Shown here: piece after piece, positions 63,159 through 64,000 of the stretch
Layout: the number at the start of each line of letters is the position of its first letter
How positions within the stretch are numbered: position 1 is the stretch's first letter
Assembly (NCBI GenBank): GCA_022821495.1
Contig: JAJEDN010000043.1
Span: 2,524-66,523, forward strand
DNA: 64,000 bases
Reading direction: 5' to 3'
DNA from: Candidatus Poribacteria bacterium
GTDB lineage: Bacteria; Poribacteria; WGA-4E; WGA-3G
Notes under the pieces: generated by a model
Seen by the model: only the letters and a program-made list of their open reading frames with translations
Database searches by the model: none
Told to the model about the DNA's origin: nothing
Translations under genes and position numbers: made by a program

Positions 63159-64000
63159 TTAGGCGTTTACCCCTACTCGGAACGCGTATAGTTTTGCACG
63201 ATTCAACACAAATCGGAGTCGCAGTGGCTGCGTAGCGTTCGCTAACGTCGTCGATTTCCATTGCACCGAGTGTCGGACATTATCTCCTGTCAACGGCATA
63301 CAATCATCAATCGAAAATCCTTGTTGAACCTGTCCATCAGCGGTTAGCACTTCAACGCCGATTTGACCTTCACTCGCATCTGCGTTAATTTCAAATCCTC
63401 CGTCCGGAAGCTGCAAGGGGACAGTTTCAACGATACCTTTTTCCGCTTCCGCATCAAGCGAGACGAAGCCGTCCAATCGCCACTTCGCAAGCCCAATCTC
63501 CTTGTGTCTATCCTTCATTTGGGCACCGTGGGTGTGGACGGTTCCCGTATAGTACCAACGAATCTCATCGTCAGTGATAATCGGTTCTATAGCGGTTCCC
63601 ATAATCATACCGGTGTCGAATGTGCCACTTTCACCGCGTGGAATAATCGGCGTTCGGTCAGCGTCGGGATACTCCCAATTGAATCCATCTCGGCTACTAA
63701 CGAATTGGGCATCAATCGGGCCATCAATCGGAATCTCATGTTCCGCTGCGCCCGGTCCCGTCACATACAACACGCCAGGAATACCGATATAGATGTTATG
63801 ATAGCGGAAACCCGACATGTTGTGGATTTCAGCACGATCCGCGCCATATCTTTGCACGCCAACTGCATCGTCTGCATCCGTTGCGCCGAACATTGGTTCG
63901 AGCGGTTTCCAGGGGCCTTCAAGGCTTGGGCTTTCGGTGTATGCAATCATACGTCTTGCGTCTTTATCGTCCCCACGTATCAGGGCATAAGCTCGGAACA
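63159..64000 (-). CDS. five-bladed beta-propeller glycoside-hydrolase-like protein (GH43/GH32-like), N-terminus outside window
   Basis: The frame stays open upstream of the listed ATG 63950 to the window edge. SPSLEGPWKP, SSRDGFNWEY and TFDTGMIMG... resemble GH-J/F clan propellers, and the C-terminus looks like a beta-sandwich. Confidence 0.4.
   Translation of the reverse strand, partial: FRAYALIRGDDKDARRMIAYTESPSLEGPWKPLEPMFGATDADDAVGVQRYGADRAEIHNMSGFRYHNIYIGIPGVLYVTGPGAAEHEIPIDGPIDAQFVSSRDGFNWEYPDADRTPIIPRGESGTFDTGMIMGTAIEPIITDDEIRWYYTGTVHTHGAQMKDRHKEIGLAKWRLDGFVSLDAEAEKGIVETVPLQLPDGGFEINADASEGQIGVEVLTADGQVQQGFSIDDCMPLTGDNVRHSVQWKSTTLANATQPLRLRFVLNRAKLYAFRVGVNA

Noticed and set aside
1-64000. 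Search for tRNA, rRNA, transposase, integrase, phage genes and CRISPR arrays.
   Set aside because: No GGTTCGAATCC-type T-arms, rRNA-like stretches, DDE or tyrosine-recombinase motifs, or repeat-spacer arrays were noticed in any intergenic region. The only mobile-element-like items are short palindromic repeats, which are reported separately.

Overview
This is a gene-dense bacterial chromosomal window with about 60 CDS on both strands and roughly 48-50% GC by eye. I recognise no rRNA, tRNA, CRISPR array, transposase, integrase or phage gene. All family calls come from motif recognition by eye; no searches were run.

Layout:
(i) 1-4419: five co-directional secreted proteins (PD40/TolB-like beta-propellers, a DUF1080-like jelly roll, a LamG protein). 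All end in the same short L-T-T-x-W-G-x-[ILV]-K tail, and a sixth copy of the tail sits on a LamG protein at 41378-42136.
(ii) 4510-13272: the best candidate for an undescribed system. It holds a membrane-tethered ECF sigma factor fused to a ~750-aa Asp-box/BNR ectodomain, two paralogous lipoproteins, a secreted WD40-dockerin-CTD protein and a SpoIVB/S55-like peptidase. One 34-nt motif is repeated in front of the sigma gene and in front of the WD40 gene.
(iii) 13385-19042: disulfide oxidoreductase, D-aminoacylase, Uma2 nuclease, a lipoprotein and a Gfo/Idh/MocA oxidoreductase.
(iv) 19162-30865: two unknown secreted paralogs coupled to a tetrapyrrole cluster (hemB, hemL, polyprenyl synthase, internally duplicated SirC-like, ccsA/hemX-like, hemA, hemC, cobA-hemD). 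The cluster has near-consensus sigma70 promoters and structured leaders.
(v) 30880-39333: Nramp-like transporter, Ldh_2 dehydrogenase, ComEA, 5-formyl-THF cyclo-ligase, an orphan EutN/CcmL microcompartment vertex gene, ThiO-like oxidase, a second ECF sigma, a frameshifted VOC gene and a HAD dehalogenase.
(vi) 39379-48012: a Gfo/Idh/MocA oxidoreductase, a multi-zinc-ribbon protein, LamG, two methyltransferases, AAC(3)-like and GNAT acetyltransferases and a PhyH dioxygenase.
(vii) 48389-56554: a large secreted Zn-metalloprotease, PhyH, an MDR dehydrogenase, a GNAT and a CBM9/DUF5916-like protein.
(viii) 57283-61963: tandem lipoproteins built from trypsin-like protease domains plus 48-residue TPR-like repeats; one protease domain has lost two catalytic residues.
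(ix) 61989-64000: a PhyH-like protein with H-x-H instead of H-x-D, and a partial beta-propeller glycosidase-like gene.

Intergenic DNA carries degenerate heptamer arrays and several palindromic REP/MITE-like elements. The repertoire (PD40, WD40, TPR, LamG, PhyH, an NYPNPFNPETW-type C-terminal domain, an orphan BMC gene) is reminiscent of Poribacteria-like uncultured lineages, but that is only a guess.
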